DNA from: an uncultured delta proteobacterium
GTDB taxonomy: Bacteria; Desulfobacterota; Binatia; UBA9968
DNA length: 64,000 nt
Assembly (NCBI GenBank): GCA_963816145.1
Contig: CAWFJP010000004.1
Location: 1 to 64,000 of the forward strand
Reading direction: 5' to 3'
The position numbers and the translations under genes are program-made. Below the pieces are notes generated by a model that saw only the letters and a list, made by a program, of their open reading frames with translations, searched no databases and was not told the origin of the DNA. Below are positions 1 through 9,727 of the stretch, in pieces; position 1 is the stretch's first letter; every line of letters begins with the position of its first letter.

Positions 1-1079
1 ATACACCGCCCTGCGGCGAATAAATTGGTAATATCCCTCGACCGCAAAGACCGAGTCGGAATCTCATAATAGTCTCCATCAGGAATATAGTGATACTGCG
101 GCCCCTTACGCTGATCCCAAAACTCAATCGGCCATGCACTCTTAACATGCCCGTCTTCAAACTTTCTCCCCTCCAAAACATCTTTTTCGGTTAATCGATA
201 ACGGCCTGTCATTCTGATCCCCTCGCGCTCGGAAACCCCGGGAGCCATGCCTGCGATTCTGGAGCCCCTGAATTCGCTGATATTCTTTTTAAGCACTTCA
301 TGAACTCTTATGGCCTTATTCCTAATTGCTTCGATATCATATGTGCCATCACTTGGGAGAACGCTTATTCTTAAAACACCGTTGTGATTATTTCGTCCAC
401 TCAGCCAGACGCTGTAGCGAAGGCTCCGTCCTATCTCACCGCTTTCGGCAGCCCTTGCGAGATGATAGGCAACCTTCAAGTTCATCATGTGAGGATCGCC
501 TGTTGTGTCCTCAATCTCAACCGCATAGGCGGCTAGTTGGCGCTCTCCTTTCCGAGCTAATTCATACGATGCGCCGCTCAAACGAACCACTTCACCTGCG
601 CTGCCATCAATCAGCGCCCGAACATGAAGCGATGTTTTTTCCTCTTTGGTTCGAATGCAGATTTGTTTAATGGTTTGGTTCTCCACTTGAACGGCCTCGA
701 CTCTAGATTCAAACAAAATCTCAAGATTTGTTTCCATTTTCACCAGGTCAGAAAGCAAATGGTTCAATTGCTGAGGATCATATTGCAGGACTGCCAGTTT
801 GCCCATATTCAATGCTCTCGAACCCTTTCTCGCCAACAAACCTTCCGCTACTTCGCGCGAAAGACCCCCATTCAATGTTTCTTTCGGCGAAGTGTCCGTA
901 TTCAGGTATAGACCGCACAGCTGTTGATGCATCCCTGTATGAGCCACTCCGCCTAAGGCAGCGCTTTTTTCAATTAAAAGGGTCTTAAGTCCCAGGCGAG
1001 CCGATTGAATGGCTGCGGCAATCCCCGCGAAACCAGCTCCGACCACACACCCATCATAAACTTGAGTTGCAAAGCTCAT
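1..1079 (-). CDS. FAD-dependent oxidoreductase (FAD_oxidored type), runs off the left edge
   Basis: Translated by hand, absent from the ORF track. ATG at 1079 overlaps the upstream stop. MSFATQVYDGCVVGAGFAGIAAAIQSARLGLKTLLIEK (GxGxxG) ... EREGIRMTGRYRLTEKDV..AWPIEFW..YYEIPTRSL..NLFAAGRC, all in the same frame. Confidence 0.85.
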   Translation of the reverse strand, partial: MSFATQVYDGCVVGAGFAGIAAAIQSARLGLKTLLIEKSAALGGVAHTGMHQQLCGLYLNTDTSPKETLNGGLSREVAEGLLARKGSRALNMGKLAVLQYDPQQLNHLLSDLVKMETNLEILFESRVEAVQVENQTIKQICIRTKEEKTSLHVRALIDGSAGEVVRLSGASYELARKGERQLAAYAVEIEDTTGDPHMMNLKVAYHLARAAESGEIGRSLRYSVWLSGRNNHNGVLRISVLPSDGTYDIEAIRNKAIRVHEVLKKNISEFRGSRIAGMAPGVSEREGIRMTGRYRLTEKDVLEGRKFEDGHVKSAWPIEFWDQRKGPQYHYIPDGDYYEIPTRSLRSRDITNLFAAGRC

Positions 1080-2395
1080 AGCTGCTCCGCCACCGTAAGG
1101 ATCAAGTCTTCAGCTTCTTCTTCACCAACGGTATCTTCAATGTAAGAAAGCGTCATAGTCAGCCTTTTGTGGTACTGCGAGAAGAAAATACCAAGCCCAG
1201 GTGAAGGTGGTATGCGTGGAAAATGAAACATATTTAGGACTCCAAGTCCCGCAAACTCATCACTTTGGTAGGCGCTCTCCCCAAGGAATCCAAACACAAA
1301 AGTAGGCATGGGGGTTGGCACAAGAGATTCAAATCCGTAAGAGAGTACAGACCTGGGGACGATCCGAATAAGCATGCTCGACTCGGACAATGCCTCAGGA
1401 AGTTTATTCTTGACTTGCTCGTAAAGTTGCTGTTTTAGAAGACCCACCAGCATCTGAAAGTCGTCGATCTCCGGCGCACTTACCCTAAAATTGATGACAG
1501 AGAAATGATTAAAAAGTATCGGCACCTTAGCGCTGCCTTTTACGCGCATATCACGCGTAACCGAAATGACGAAATCACCCTCCCTTTGCCCACGGCGCAC
1601 AAACAAGGAATGGATCATCTGAATACTTATGGCTAATGAGTAAGGTAAAAACATGAATAAGCCGGCTTGTTTCTCTGCCCGCTCAAAAATGGACTGCGTC
1701 GCGATCTGATCGAAATGTTTAATTTTGAACCGATTTCTTCCTTTTTTTGGTGATTTTCCGTCCGTAAAACGCCTTACCATGGAGTTTTCGCCGGAAGCAA
1801 CGCCAGCCCGCTTCACCTTCCTACCGGCCTCGAACTTTTCCCGCCAATGATCCAAACCCGCGTCTGCGTTCTGCACCTGAAACTCTTGTGACAAACCATG
1901 TGCGCAAAAATCATGAAATCCCTGCAAAAATGACTCTGCGCCGCGGGCGTCAAAAAGCCGGTGATCAAAAGTGCACCCAATCAACGTCTTGTCCGAGACC
2001 GTAACACCAAACACCTTAAAATAGATCTCCTCCGTCTCAAGAGGCGTGTTGAGTTCCGCGGACAACAGATTTAATGCCTCCTCAAAATCGACCGCCTGTC
2101 GAAATACAATATCGACTTTGGATTCACCTCGATTAGTCCGCCAGTAAGGCGCTAGATTGATGAAGTCCCTGCGAGCGCTACCCCAAAGATGAGGAAAGCA
2201 TTTACAATACCTCGCCAAAGAGCCCCTGAAGGACTCTTTCTCAAGCGTCCCCGCCAACTCAACTACGATTTGAAAGAGTAGACCGCAGCCAAGAACCTTC
2301 TTGGATGTGTGATCAATGGCATGCACAACCCAATCCATGCCCGAAAGATAGTATCTCAACGGAGATGACGGAAGCGTCACTTTCACAGATTGCAA
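1076..2395 (-). CDS. Stand-alone condensation-domain / CoA-dependent acyltransferase-fold protein
   Basis: About 440 aa with an HxxxDG-type motif (FDHRLFDARG). Start uncertain (TTG 2395 or 2413). Confidence 0.7.
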   Translation of the reverse strand: MQSVKVTLPSSPLRYYLSGMDWVVHAIDHTSKKVLGCGLLFQIVVELAGTLEKESFRGSLARYCKCFPHLWGSARRDFINLAPYWRTNRGESKVDIVFRQAVDFEEALNLLSAELNTPLETEEIYFKVFGVTVSDKTLIGCTFDHRLFDARGAESFLQGFHDFCAHGLSQEFQVQNADAGLDHWREKFEAGRKVKRAGVASGENSMVRRFTDGKSPKKGRNRFKIKHFDQIATQSIFERAEKQAGLFMFLPYSLAISIQMIHSLFVRRGQREGDFVISVTRDMRVKGSAKVPILFNHFSVINFRVSAPEIDDFQMLVGLLKQQLYEQVKNKLPEALSESSMLIRIVPRSVLSYGFESLVPTPMPTFVFGFLGESAYQSDEFAGLGVLNMFHFPRIPPSPGLGIFFSQYHKRLTMTLSYIEDTVGEEEAEDLILTVAEQL

Positions 2396-2640
2396 CCTAC
2401 CCGATTTATGCAACTAGCCAAGGTTCGAAGAGTTTTCAGGTCTTCCTGTTGAATGATTTCGATCAGCTTAACCTTCAAATGTATTTCGATTGCAACCAAT
2501 AGCTCGACAAAGCGCATCGAATCAAAACCCAGTGCCGATAAAGGAGTATCCGCACTAAATGCACCGCGATCGACAGATAAAATCGCGGCGCTTTCCCTCA
2601 GTAATACCTCCAATATCTCATCCGTAGATTTTGAATTCAT
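2383..2640 (-). CDS. Acyl/peptidyl carrier protein
   Basis: 85 aa, phosphopantetheine motif LGFDSM. Confidence 0.85.
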   Translation of the reverse strand: MNSKSTDEILEVLLRESAAILSVDRGAFSADTPLSALGFDSMRFVELLVAIEIHLKVKLIEIIQQEDLKTLRTLASCINRVGCNL

Positions 2641-2702
2641 AGCGTTTTAGGTCGTGTTGACCGTGCGGTTAGTGCACGGCTTTTGTCAAATCGTTCCATT
2701 TG

Positions 2703-3767
2703 CTACTTCTCCATTTTGAGGAACGCTAATTCACCGTCGCAGCTATGGGCGATACAGCGAATCGTGTTCAGCTCTTCAGGCACGGTCGTTTCGGTCACTT
2801 TCCATCCTTTAGGTTTGGTAAAAGGTGAACTTGCATATCTGACTTGGTTCTTTAGCATTAAGGCACTTGCAACACACTCAAAACCGGCACCGGTCATCAA
2901 ACCCCCATAGATGTGTGTATAGGCAGCCACGTCTAAACCATCTTTGAGCGTCCTTCTATATAGCTTTTCACTTCCGGCCATGGCATTGGCTCCAATGACC
3001 GAAAGATCAACATCCTCTGGCGCTGCGCGGCTCGGCCCGATTTCAATTTCACAGATACTTCCGTATCTCTTTCTTGCAGGGTCTAACGAAAGAAGAAAGA
3101 AAGCACTACCTTCCCCGGGAACCACTTTGGGCCTTTTCAGGCAGCTCAAAGGCTGCATTCTTCCGTCGTAGGCAAGCGAAAGTATTTCATCACAGATATA
3201 TTCCATAGTCTTTGAAAGCTCGTCGGCAACGCCTACGAGAACTCGTTCGACACGGCCCTCCAAAAGCCATGAGTACGCCAGCTGGAGCGCCTGATGAAAT
3301 ACAAAAAAAAATTGCGTAATCGTCAGCGTAGGACCTCGACAGCCCAAGACACCGGCCAAATAGGAGGCCGCTGCATTATGAAGCGTATGCGCAAATGTGG
3401 TGGGGGATACATTCAACTCACCGTAATCGATAATATTATCCAAAAAACGAAAAATGGAGGAATGAGCCCCAAAAGCCGTCGCAAGAATGACCCCTGTCTC
3501 GCGAATCTCCTCGATTGGCAGACTGCTATCGACCATTGCATCGTGCGCTGCCAATACGGTCATCTTGGAAATCCGGTCCGCCCGGCGGGCCTTCTTTAAG
3601 ACTTCCCGGTCCACTAAATCATGAGTATTCACCCGGTAAGCCGGTCGGCCATCGGCAGAAAATTGCGGTGCAACCCAGCCCGCCCTTAAAGCGCATTCAA
3701 ACTTTTCTATACCCCGCCCGCACGCGCAAAGAATGCCGAGCCCTTCGATTGAAAGAGGCTTCATCAA
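2703..3767 (-). CDS. Ketosynthase-like chain-length factor (non-catalytic KS partner)
   Basis: KS N-terminal fold (SPTTFAHTLHNAAAS, PGEGSAFFLL) but no catalytic Cys in the expected segment (LTITQFFFVF) and no HGT motif. Coupled to the upstream KS. Confidence 0.75.
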   Translation of the reverse strand: MMKPLSIEGLGILCACGRGIEKFECALRAGWVAPQFSADGRPAYRVNTHDLVDREVLKKARRADRISKMTVLAAHDAMVDSSLPIEEIRETGVILATAFGAHSSIFRFLDNIIDYGELNVSPTTFAHTLHNAAASYLAGVLGCRGPTLTITQFFFVFHQALQLAYSWLLEGRVERVLVGVADELSKTMEYICDEILSLAYDGRMQPLSCLKRPKVVPGEGSAFFLLSLDPARKRYGSICEIEIGPSRAAPEDVDLSVIGANAMAGSEKLYRRTLKDGLDVAAYTHIYGGLMTGAGFECVASALMLKNQVRYASSPFTKPKGWKVTETTVPEELNTIRCIAHSCDGELAFLKMEK

Positions 3768-4951
3768 AAAAGAAACTCCTCTTTAGGCCGTTCAATCACC
3801 AATGCCGCATCACAACCGCCAAAACCAAGTGAGGTCGAAAGCGCAAGTTGTCCCTCGATTGAAGTGCGTTCTTTGACCGGAGATATCCCAATGGTCGGGT
3901 CTTCTTCGCTAAACCCGGCGCTTTGGGGTATCCACTCCTGTTCCAAAGCCAGAAGGCTAAAAGACGCCTCCAAAACGCCTGCCGCGCCGAGCGTATGTCC
4001 CGTGTATCCTTTAGTGGATAAAAACTTGGCTTGACGACCAAACAAACGGCTCAATACGAGTCCTTCGACACAATCATTGTCTCGTGTTGCCGTTCCGTGT
4101 GCATTAATAAAAGAGATTTGATCAGGGCGGATGGCGGCTGCTTTAAGCGCGGTCGTCACCGCACGCTCAAGTCCTTGCCCGTCAGGATCTGGCGCCGTTA
4201 AATGATGCGCGTCGTTCGAAGATCCGTACCCCCGAATGATTGCTCTCGCGCGTTGTCCACGTTGTCGCAAACTTGTTTCATTCTCTAGGATCAGCACGGC
4301 GGCGCCTTCACCCAAGTTTAACCCATTGCGGTTGCGATCAAAGGGGGCACAAAGTGAGTCGCTAAGAATGCCGAGTGAACGAAAACCACTGAGAGGAACC
4401 TGACTCATTTCGTCAGATCCTCCTGCAATTGCTATCTCACACAGCCCCGCTTTGATCCACGACATAGCCATGCCTATGGCGTCAGCACCGGACGTACACG
4501 CATTAACAACCGTTACGGAGGGCCCATGAGTTTCCAAAAACGAATGAACAGCCGACGCCAAGTCCCCTTGTAGATAATGATCCACAGCCACCATCGACGC
4601 CTTACCCGTTTTCCGGTATTCTCGGTAAAAGTCCAGATCGTTTAAAGTACTTCCCACCGTCGTCCCGATTGCCACACCGATACGCTTTCCTTTGAGCCCA
4701 GCCCGGGTCACACGGCAGTTACCTTCGAGCGCATCATCAATTGCTGCGAGACACAAGTTCAATGTCCGAAGCCGTTCGGGAAAATGACCACAGAACAAGT
4801 CCCTGACTTCGTAAGCAGGGGATTTAATGTCTGACGCAAAAAGAGACACGGGGCCGGCGTTGCGACGCCCCTCATAAAAACACTCTAATGTTTCCTTTTC
4901 ACCCTTACCCGCAGCGGAAATAATGCCTACACCCGTTACGAATATTGTCAT
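3764..4951 (-). CDS. Beta-ketoacyl-ACP synthase (FabF-like, polyene type)
   Basis: VNACTSG (Cys), INAHGTAT and KGYTGHTLGAAG (His-His) triad. Confidence 0.92.
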   Translation of the reverse strand: MTIFVTGVGIISAAGKGEKETLECFYEGRRNAGPVSLFASDIKSPAYEVRDLFCGHFPERLRTLNLCLAAIDDALEGNCRVTRAGLKGKRIGVAIGTTVGSTLNDLDFYREYRKTGKASMVAVDHYLQGDLASAVHSFLETHGPSVTVVNACTSGADAIGMAMSWIKAGLCEIAIAGGSDEMSQVPLSGFRSLGILSDSLCAPFDRNRNGLNLGEGAAVLILENETSLRQRGQRARAIIRGYGSSNDAHHLTAPDPDGQGLERAVTTALKAAAIRPDQISFINAHGTATRDNDCVEGLVLSRLFGRQAKFLSTKGYTGHTLGAAGVLEASFSLLALEQEWIPQSAGFSEEDPTIGISPVKERTSIEGQLALSTSLGFGGCDAALVIERPKEEFLF

Positions 4952-5241
4952 TTATTTTCCTTGGACCTATTATCATAAATATATCGAGACAGCGTATCAA
5001 TTGACTTAAAAATTTCCCGACCCTCTTTCATATCTTTAACGTGTAATCCAAAATGTCTTTGAAGCAAGGCCACAATCTCCACCGCATCAAGCGAATCCAG
5101 GCCCAGCCCTTCTTCGAACAACATTTCATCGTCTTTAATATCTGCCGGATCAATCTCTTCCAGACCTGCCAACATGCTCACAAGCAGCTCCTTCAGCTCT
5201 CGCCGAATTGCTACTAGCTCTTCTTCCTTACTTGCCGTCAT
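4948..5241 (-). CDS. Acyl carrier protein (aryl-polyene ACP-like)
   Basis: LFEEGLGLDSLDAVE motif. Confidence 0.9.
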   Translation of the reverse strand: MTASKEEELVAIRRELKELLVSMLAGLEEIDPADIKDDEMLFEEGLGLDSLDAVEIVALLQRHFGLHVKDMKEGREIFKSIDTLSRYIYDNRSKENK

Positions 5242-5760
5242 CGGACACTCCCTTTAGTTGAACCCCACACATTATGCAATAAGAAACATTCATAGGGATG
5301 TTCTTCCACGAATTATTCTAAGAGCGCGATATAATTGTTTAGCCAGCCTCTTAGTTGTTCTTTTTTTTCTGCCCGTCCTCATAGATTGGTCGCCACATAT
5401 TAGAAACATCTGCAATGTATTCCCGCTCTAAAACTTTATGCGTTAGTAACACTACCACAGGCGACTCGGTCGCCGCTGCAACCGCAAGCGCGCCATACGG
5501 AAAATAGGCGGGTTTTCCCAGGAAAGGAACCTCCAAGGTATCAACCCGTAACTGCGGTCTCCCATCATGCAGACAATATTGCCTTCATTGAGAGCTTGCA
5601 CAATATCGAGCGCACCGCCAAGATGCTGTTGAGGGTCAATCATTTTGACGGGTTTGGCCTCATGGCTTCCTAAACGCAGAAATTCGCGCACCGCCGGATT
5701 ATCCTCCGGGCGCATGACTTTGGATACATCTTTTCTCAAATGCCCCAAATGCATTACCAC
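5238..5760 (-). pseudogene. LpxL/lipid A lauroyltransferase-family acyltransferase, 5'-truncated, with frameshifts
   Basis: Fragments ALNEGNIVCMMGDRSY / VPFLGKPAYFPYGALAVA / YIALLE*FVEEHPYECFLLHNVW lie in different frames with one internal stop. The N-terminal half is missing. Confidence 0.75.
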
Positions 5761-5830
5761 CTGAATGACTCACCTCTTACTTTTCCACGTGCTCAAGGCA
5801 AACGGGGCAGGAGTTTCCAATGATGATTTT

Positions 5831-5885
5831 CCGTTCATGCCGAACCCGTCGAAGCATGAAGAATCCTTTTTCACCAGGCTGTTAG
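5831..5885. repeat. REP-like palindrome followed by an IS/MITE-like end
   Basis: CCGTTCATGCCGAACCCGTCGAAGCATGAA imperfect hairpin, then TTTTCACCAGGCTGTTAG resembling an IS terminal repeat. Confidence 0.45.
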
Positions 5886-6062
5886 TACTACTGTGTTATA
5901 AATAAAATGGCTTTATGTTATGGTAGTTCATACAGGAGGAGGACGACCATGGCAAAGCTGGCTGAATACGAACGGTACATGAAGTATCTGTGCGAAGCCT
6001 TGGGGCACCAGGACCGCCATATGGGGTTTTCGGATTACAGCCTAGGATTGATGCTGCCGATT
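5886..6062 (+). mobile_element. IS701-family element remnant (left end plus transposase N-terminus)
   Basis: TTAG then TACTACTGTGTTATAAAT (IS701-type end). ORF from ATG 5949 reads MAKLAEYERYMKYLCEALGHQDRHMGFSDYSLGLMLPI, typical of an IS701 transposase N-terminus, then breaks off. Confidence 0.7.
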
Positions 6063-6229
6063 CAAAGTATTTCGGTTAATTCCCGTGCCACACAATGCCC
6101 ATTGCAGCCACTTCACTAAAATTGACACATCTTTGAATACGGACTTTCACCGGTGGAGGAGCGGATTCGTCCGTTTCAAAATGTCCGCGGCGTTATCTCC
6201 GGAACATCGATCTTTTTGTTAGTCTGCAT
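6063..6229 (-). pseudogene. Acyl-CoA thioesterase (4HBT/YbgC hotdog family) N-terminal remnant
   Basis: After a frameshift it reads VRIQRCVNFSEVAAMGIVWHGN*, matching the V.FSEVD.MGIVWHGNY family motif. Truncated at the IS701 remnant. Confidence 0.65.
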
Positions 6230-6596
6230 TTCCGAGCACCAGTTGAAGCACAGCTATTTTTGCTTCATCTCGTTTTATAGACGCTTTTACATCCAATGAA
6301 CCGTCGCTATTGTTTTCCCACCTACAGTCGACCACAATCTCCTCATCGCAAGTCACGGAAGCGATAAACTTTGCCATGCTCACTTCTTTTAATCGAAACG
6401 ATTTTCGCTGCGCCGCTTCAACCGCCAGCTGCGCCGCGTGAAGTTTGCAGATCCCGGGAAGCACCGGCCTTCCCACAAAATGACCTTGAAACCCCACAAA
6501 CCCCCTTGGGAATAGGAACCACGCGCGCGCATTATTCTTATCCAACAACGTTAACTGCAACATGGCGTTGCTTATTTCTTGCTGCAAGCGGCTCAT
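6219..6596 (-). CDS. 3-hydroxyacyl-ACP dehydratase (FabZ/ApeI-like hotdog)
   Basis: FQGHFVGRPVLPG motif, 125 aa. Confidence 0.8.
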   Translation of the reverse strand: MSRLQQEISNAMLQLTLLDKNNARAWFLFPRGFVGFQGHFVGRPVLPGICKLHAAQLAVEAAQRKSFRLKEVSMAKFIASVTCDEEIVVDCRWENNSDGSLDVKASIKRDEAKIAVLQLVLGNAD

Positions 6597-6947
6597 CTAA
6601 ATATTTCTTCATTCCATTGAAACGCTTTAGCGTCTTTTAGAACAATAGAGTTGCGGACCGGTGTCTTCGTATGCCAGGCAAAACGTCCGGGCTTTTGCAA
6701 ATAAGCAGAGCCCTTAAGCACGATCTCATGCTTGACCATCTGCAGATGCTTGATCTGCGTGAAGTTCGTTGGGATAGTTTCAACGCCTTTCATCTTTTCG
6801 TCTAAGGTGTCCAAAACTTTTCGGAAATCCCTTTCCCGCCCTGAGCCCCGCCGGAAACAGACATCGTCCAACTCTGCAAAAAGAAGGGCTGCCATAAAAC
6901 CACTCACAGGCAGCACTACCTTTAATACAGAATGATTTCTTAGGCAT
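6593..6947 (-). pseudogene. LolA-like lipoprotein/lipid carrier protein, truncated
   Basis: TNFTQIKHLQMV..LKGSAYLQKPGRFAWHTKTP is LolA-like. About half the normal length, and the coupled ATG at 6947 is out of frame. Confidence 0.65.
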
Positions 6948-8214
6948 GTCTTGTGCCGGTTTCCTTTATACTTCTTTGAAGCACTTTGATTTCTCCCTGC
7001 GCTAGCACCTGAGATCCTCGGCTCACGCTGCCTTCAATCACGCTGAAATCACCGAACTCTGCCGACTTATACGCTTTAATACGTAAAACATCGCCCACAC
7101 GGGCGGCGCACGAGATCTTCAAAGCGCGAACCCCCAGCAAATATCCTTCAAGCGTCTTACGTTCTTCTGTCGGCAGCTCAAATCCCGACGCTGCCGCAAT
7201 CGTCTGTGCAATCATTTCAACGAAAAGACATTCCTCCACACTCCCGTCCAAGCGTACGAATGGACTGTCTCCTCGGACCGTAACTTCCGCCTGCGCCGAC
7301 CTATCACACACTTCGACTAAATCATCAATGACACACATTTCCCTGCAGTGAGGAATATAAGCACTCGCTTTAACCGGCAAATCCCCCACTTGACCACGCC
7401 CGTCCTTCACCGGCTCCATCAAAGGGTCTTCATTTCTTCTTTGATCGACACGGCATGCCTCCAACCGTTCGAGTTCTTCTTGTATGACAGCACGCACTTT
7501 GTTCTTGACCACAAAGGGCGTTACATCTTTAAACGATTCCCATTCAAGCGCAGGCAATTTATGGATCTTAATAGTTCCCGGATTTAAAACGCCAGAGCCT
7601 TTAGGCGGAATATCCTGATTGCCACTGAGACAAATTGGAATGATCGGAACCCTTGCCGCTTGAGCCACCCGAAACACAGCACCGTTGAATTGATGCAAGG
7701 TTTTGTCCCTTGATCTTGAACCTTCTGGAAAAGCCACCACGGAAACCCCTTCTCGTAAGAGCTTGCAGCTAGTCCGTTGAAATTCCTCGAATGGCATTGT
7801 GCGCACACTTAGATACCCTGCCAGACGTCCGATTATTCCGATCACCGGGATCTTAAAAGGCCAGTTGTTCACCACCTGAACCAGTTCCCGGCGCAAACAT
7901 CCCATCAAAAACGCATCGGAACTCGACCGGTGATTACAAACAAAGATACATGCACCGCGATTTTTATCTCTTTCGAAGTCCTTATACTCTACTCGCACGA
8001 AAGGAAAAGGCAGAATTCGAACTACGATGGAGCCATAGCAGCGAATCAAAGTCCTTAAAATGTAAAGTGTTTTGCGGGTTCCTAAGGTGAGCCGAAATAG
8101 AACCATCGGAAAAAGAGTGATCGCAGGCATCAACACGGTGACCAACACAAATGACGGATAAAAGATCAGATTTAGGAGTATCTTTTTCAAAGGAAGGATT
8201 CTTTCACGCCTCAA
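6940..8214 (-). CDS. Lysophospholipid acyltransferase (PlsC-like) fused to an ApeP-like hotdog dehydratase
   Basis: NHRSSSD and FPEGSRS in the N-terminal part. YIPHCREMCVID..EMIAQTIAA..GYLLGVR in the C-terminal part. Confidence 0.8.
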   Translation of the reverse strand: MRRERILPLKKILLNLIFYPSFVLVTVLMPAITLFPMVLFRLTLGTRKTLYILRTLIRCYGSIVVRILPFPFVRVEYKDFERDKNRGACIFVCNHRSSSDAFLMGCLRRELVQVVNNWPFKIPVIGIIGRLAGYLSVRTMPFEEFQRTSCKLLREGVSVVAFPEGSRSRDKTLHQFNGAVFRVAQAARVPIIPICLSGNQDIPPKGSGVLNPGTIKIHKLPALEWESFKDVTPFVVKNKVRAVIQEELERLEACRVDQRRNEDPLMEPVKDGRGQVGDLPVKASAYIPHCREMCVIDDLVEVCDRSAQAEVTVRGDSPFVRLDGSVEECLFVEMIAQTIAAASGFELPTEERKTLEGYLLGVRALKISCAARVGDVLRIKAYKSAEFGDFSVIEGSVSRGSQVLAQGEIKVLQRSIKETGTRHA

Positions 8215-8216
8215 GC

Positions 8217-8477
8217 CTAAGAAAAATGCGTTTCGCTTTTCAGTGTGAGGATGAAATTATAAATATCCCCTAGAGTCCGAATCTTTCGAACACGCTCATC
8301 GTCGCGAATCTGAATCTTAAATTTCTTCTGCAAAGCAACCACCAAATCAACAATGTCAAGACTGTCGATACCCAGGTCCTCAAATATTCTCGTTTCCGAT
8401 CTTAGTCGCGCCGGCTCAATTTCAAAAGCCTCGACGAAAACTTCATCCACAAGTTTTTTAATTTCAATTTCGTCCAT
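8217..8477 (-). CDS. Acyl carrier protein
   Basis: FEDLGIDSLDIVDLV motif, start MDEIEIKK. Confidence 0.9.
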   Translation of the reverse strand: MDEIEIKKLVDEVFVEAFEIEPARLRSETRIFEDLGIDSLDIVDLVVALQKKFKIQIRDDERVRKIRTLGDIYNFILTLKSETHFS

Positions 8478-8497
8478 TCGTCCAGGATCTCCTCGCA

Positions 8498-9727
8498 CTA
8501 ATAAGCGTCAAGCTTCTTGCAAACCAACACCGTGTTGATACCGCCAAAGGCGAAAGAATTTTTAACTACAACTTTAATGTCTTTCTCTAACGGCTTTTGC
8601 ACGTGTGCAATTCCGCTGCAACTGGCATCGACATCTTCTAAATTTAAAGTCGGGTAAATTATTCCCCGAGACATCATCTCCAAACAAGCTGCTAATTCAA
8701 TCGCCCCCGAAGCACCCAGTGTGTGCCCGATGTACCCTTTCATTCCGCTTACCGGGACACGATCACCGAAAATATCACGAATGGCCTCGGCTTCGGCCTG
8801 ATCGCCCTGAATAGTCGCCGTCGCGTGGGCGCTGATGTAATCCACTTGCTCCGGCTTGAGGCCCGAGTCCTGGATGGCATTGCCCATGCAATCCCGCATT
8901 CCTTCACGGTTCGATTCACTGACATGAGTTCCGCTTGCACAAGTTGAATAGCCTGCAATCTCGCCGTAAATATCCGCGCCGCGCTGACGGGCGTGTTCAT
9001 AATCTTCCAGCACGAGCACACCGGCACCTTCGCCGCAGACAAGTCCGTCTCGTCTCGCATCAAAAGGCCGCGGGGTCAACCCGGCGTTATCGTTAAAATG
9101 AGTTGACGTTGCAAAAAGAATCTCAAAAATACCGGTCACAATTGGATGAAGTTCCTCGGCGCCGCCACAAAGCAAAACATCCTGCCTTCCGCTGCGAATC
9201 AGCTCAAAGCCTAATCCAATCGCCTGTAATGACGAGGCACAAGCGGCAGAGGTAGCCATCACATACCCTCTAACACCCAGGGCCTGGGCGACATTCATGG
9301 CCGCCGTATGTGACACGCATTTAAAAAAACCCATGGAAGACAGTTGAGACAAGTCGTGGTTCGGCAGCATAATTTCAAAAGCTTCATTCATCGCCTCCGC
9401 ACTCCCCATCGTGGACCCCATAATGCAGCCCAAACGCCGCGATTTCAAAAGACCTTCCTCGATCTTTGATTCTTCAGCTGCCTGTTTTGCTGCCAAGGCG
9501 GCAAAAACACTCAAGCGCCCCATGGATCGGCGAATTTTTCGCGGGAACGCATTCTCGGCTTTCAATTCCGCCGGTGCGCCAACAAGACTATTGAGCCCTT
9601 TATATTCCTCCCAACCAGGCATTCGTAGCACCGCACTCTTTGACTTCTCCAAACCATCCATCAGAGAATTCAGGTTGCTGCCCAAAGGACTAACGACGCC
9701 TCTACCGGTAATAACTACACGTTTCAC
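8498..9727 (-). CDS. Beta-ketoacyl-ACP synthase (FabB/FabF family)
   Basis: TSAACASS, SAHATAT and KGYIGHTLGASG motifs. Confidence 0.92.
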   Translation of the reverse strand: MKRVVITGRGVVSPLGSNLNSLMDGLEKSKSAVLRMPGWEEYKGLNSLVGAPAELKAENAFPRKIRRSMGRLSVFAALAAKQAAEESKIEEGLLKSRRLGCIMGSTMGSAEAMNEAFEIMLPNHDLSQLSSMGFFKCVSHTAAMNVAQALGVRGYVMATSAACASSLQAIGLGFELIRSGRQDVLLCGGAEELHPIVTGIFEILFATSTHFNDNAGLTPRPFDARRDGLVCGEGAGVLVLEDYEHARQRGADIYGEIAGYSTCASGTHVSESNREGMRDCMGNAIQDSGLKPEQVDYISAHATATIQGDQAEAEAIRDIFGDRVPVSGMKGYIGHTLGASGAIELAACLEMMSRGIIYPTLNLEDVDASCSGIAHVQKPLEKDIKVVVKNSFAFGGINTVLVCKKLDAY

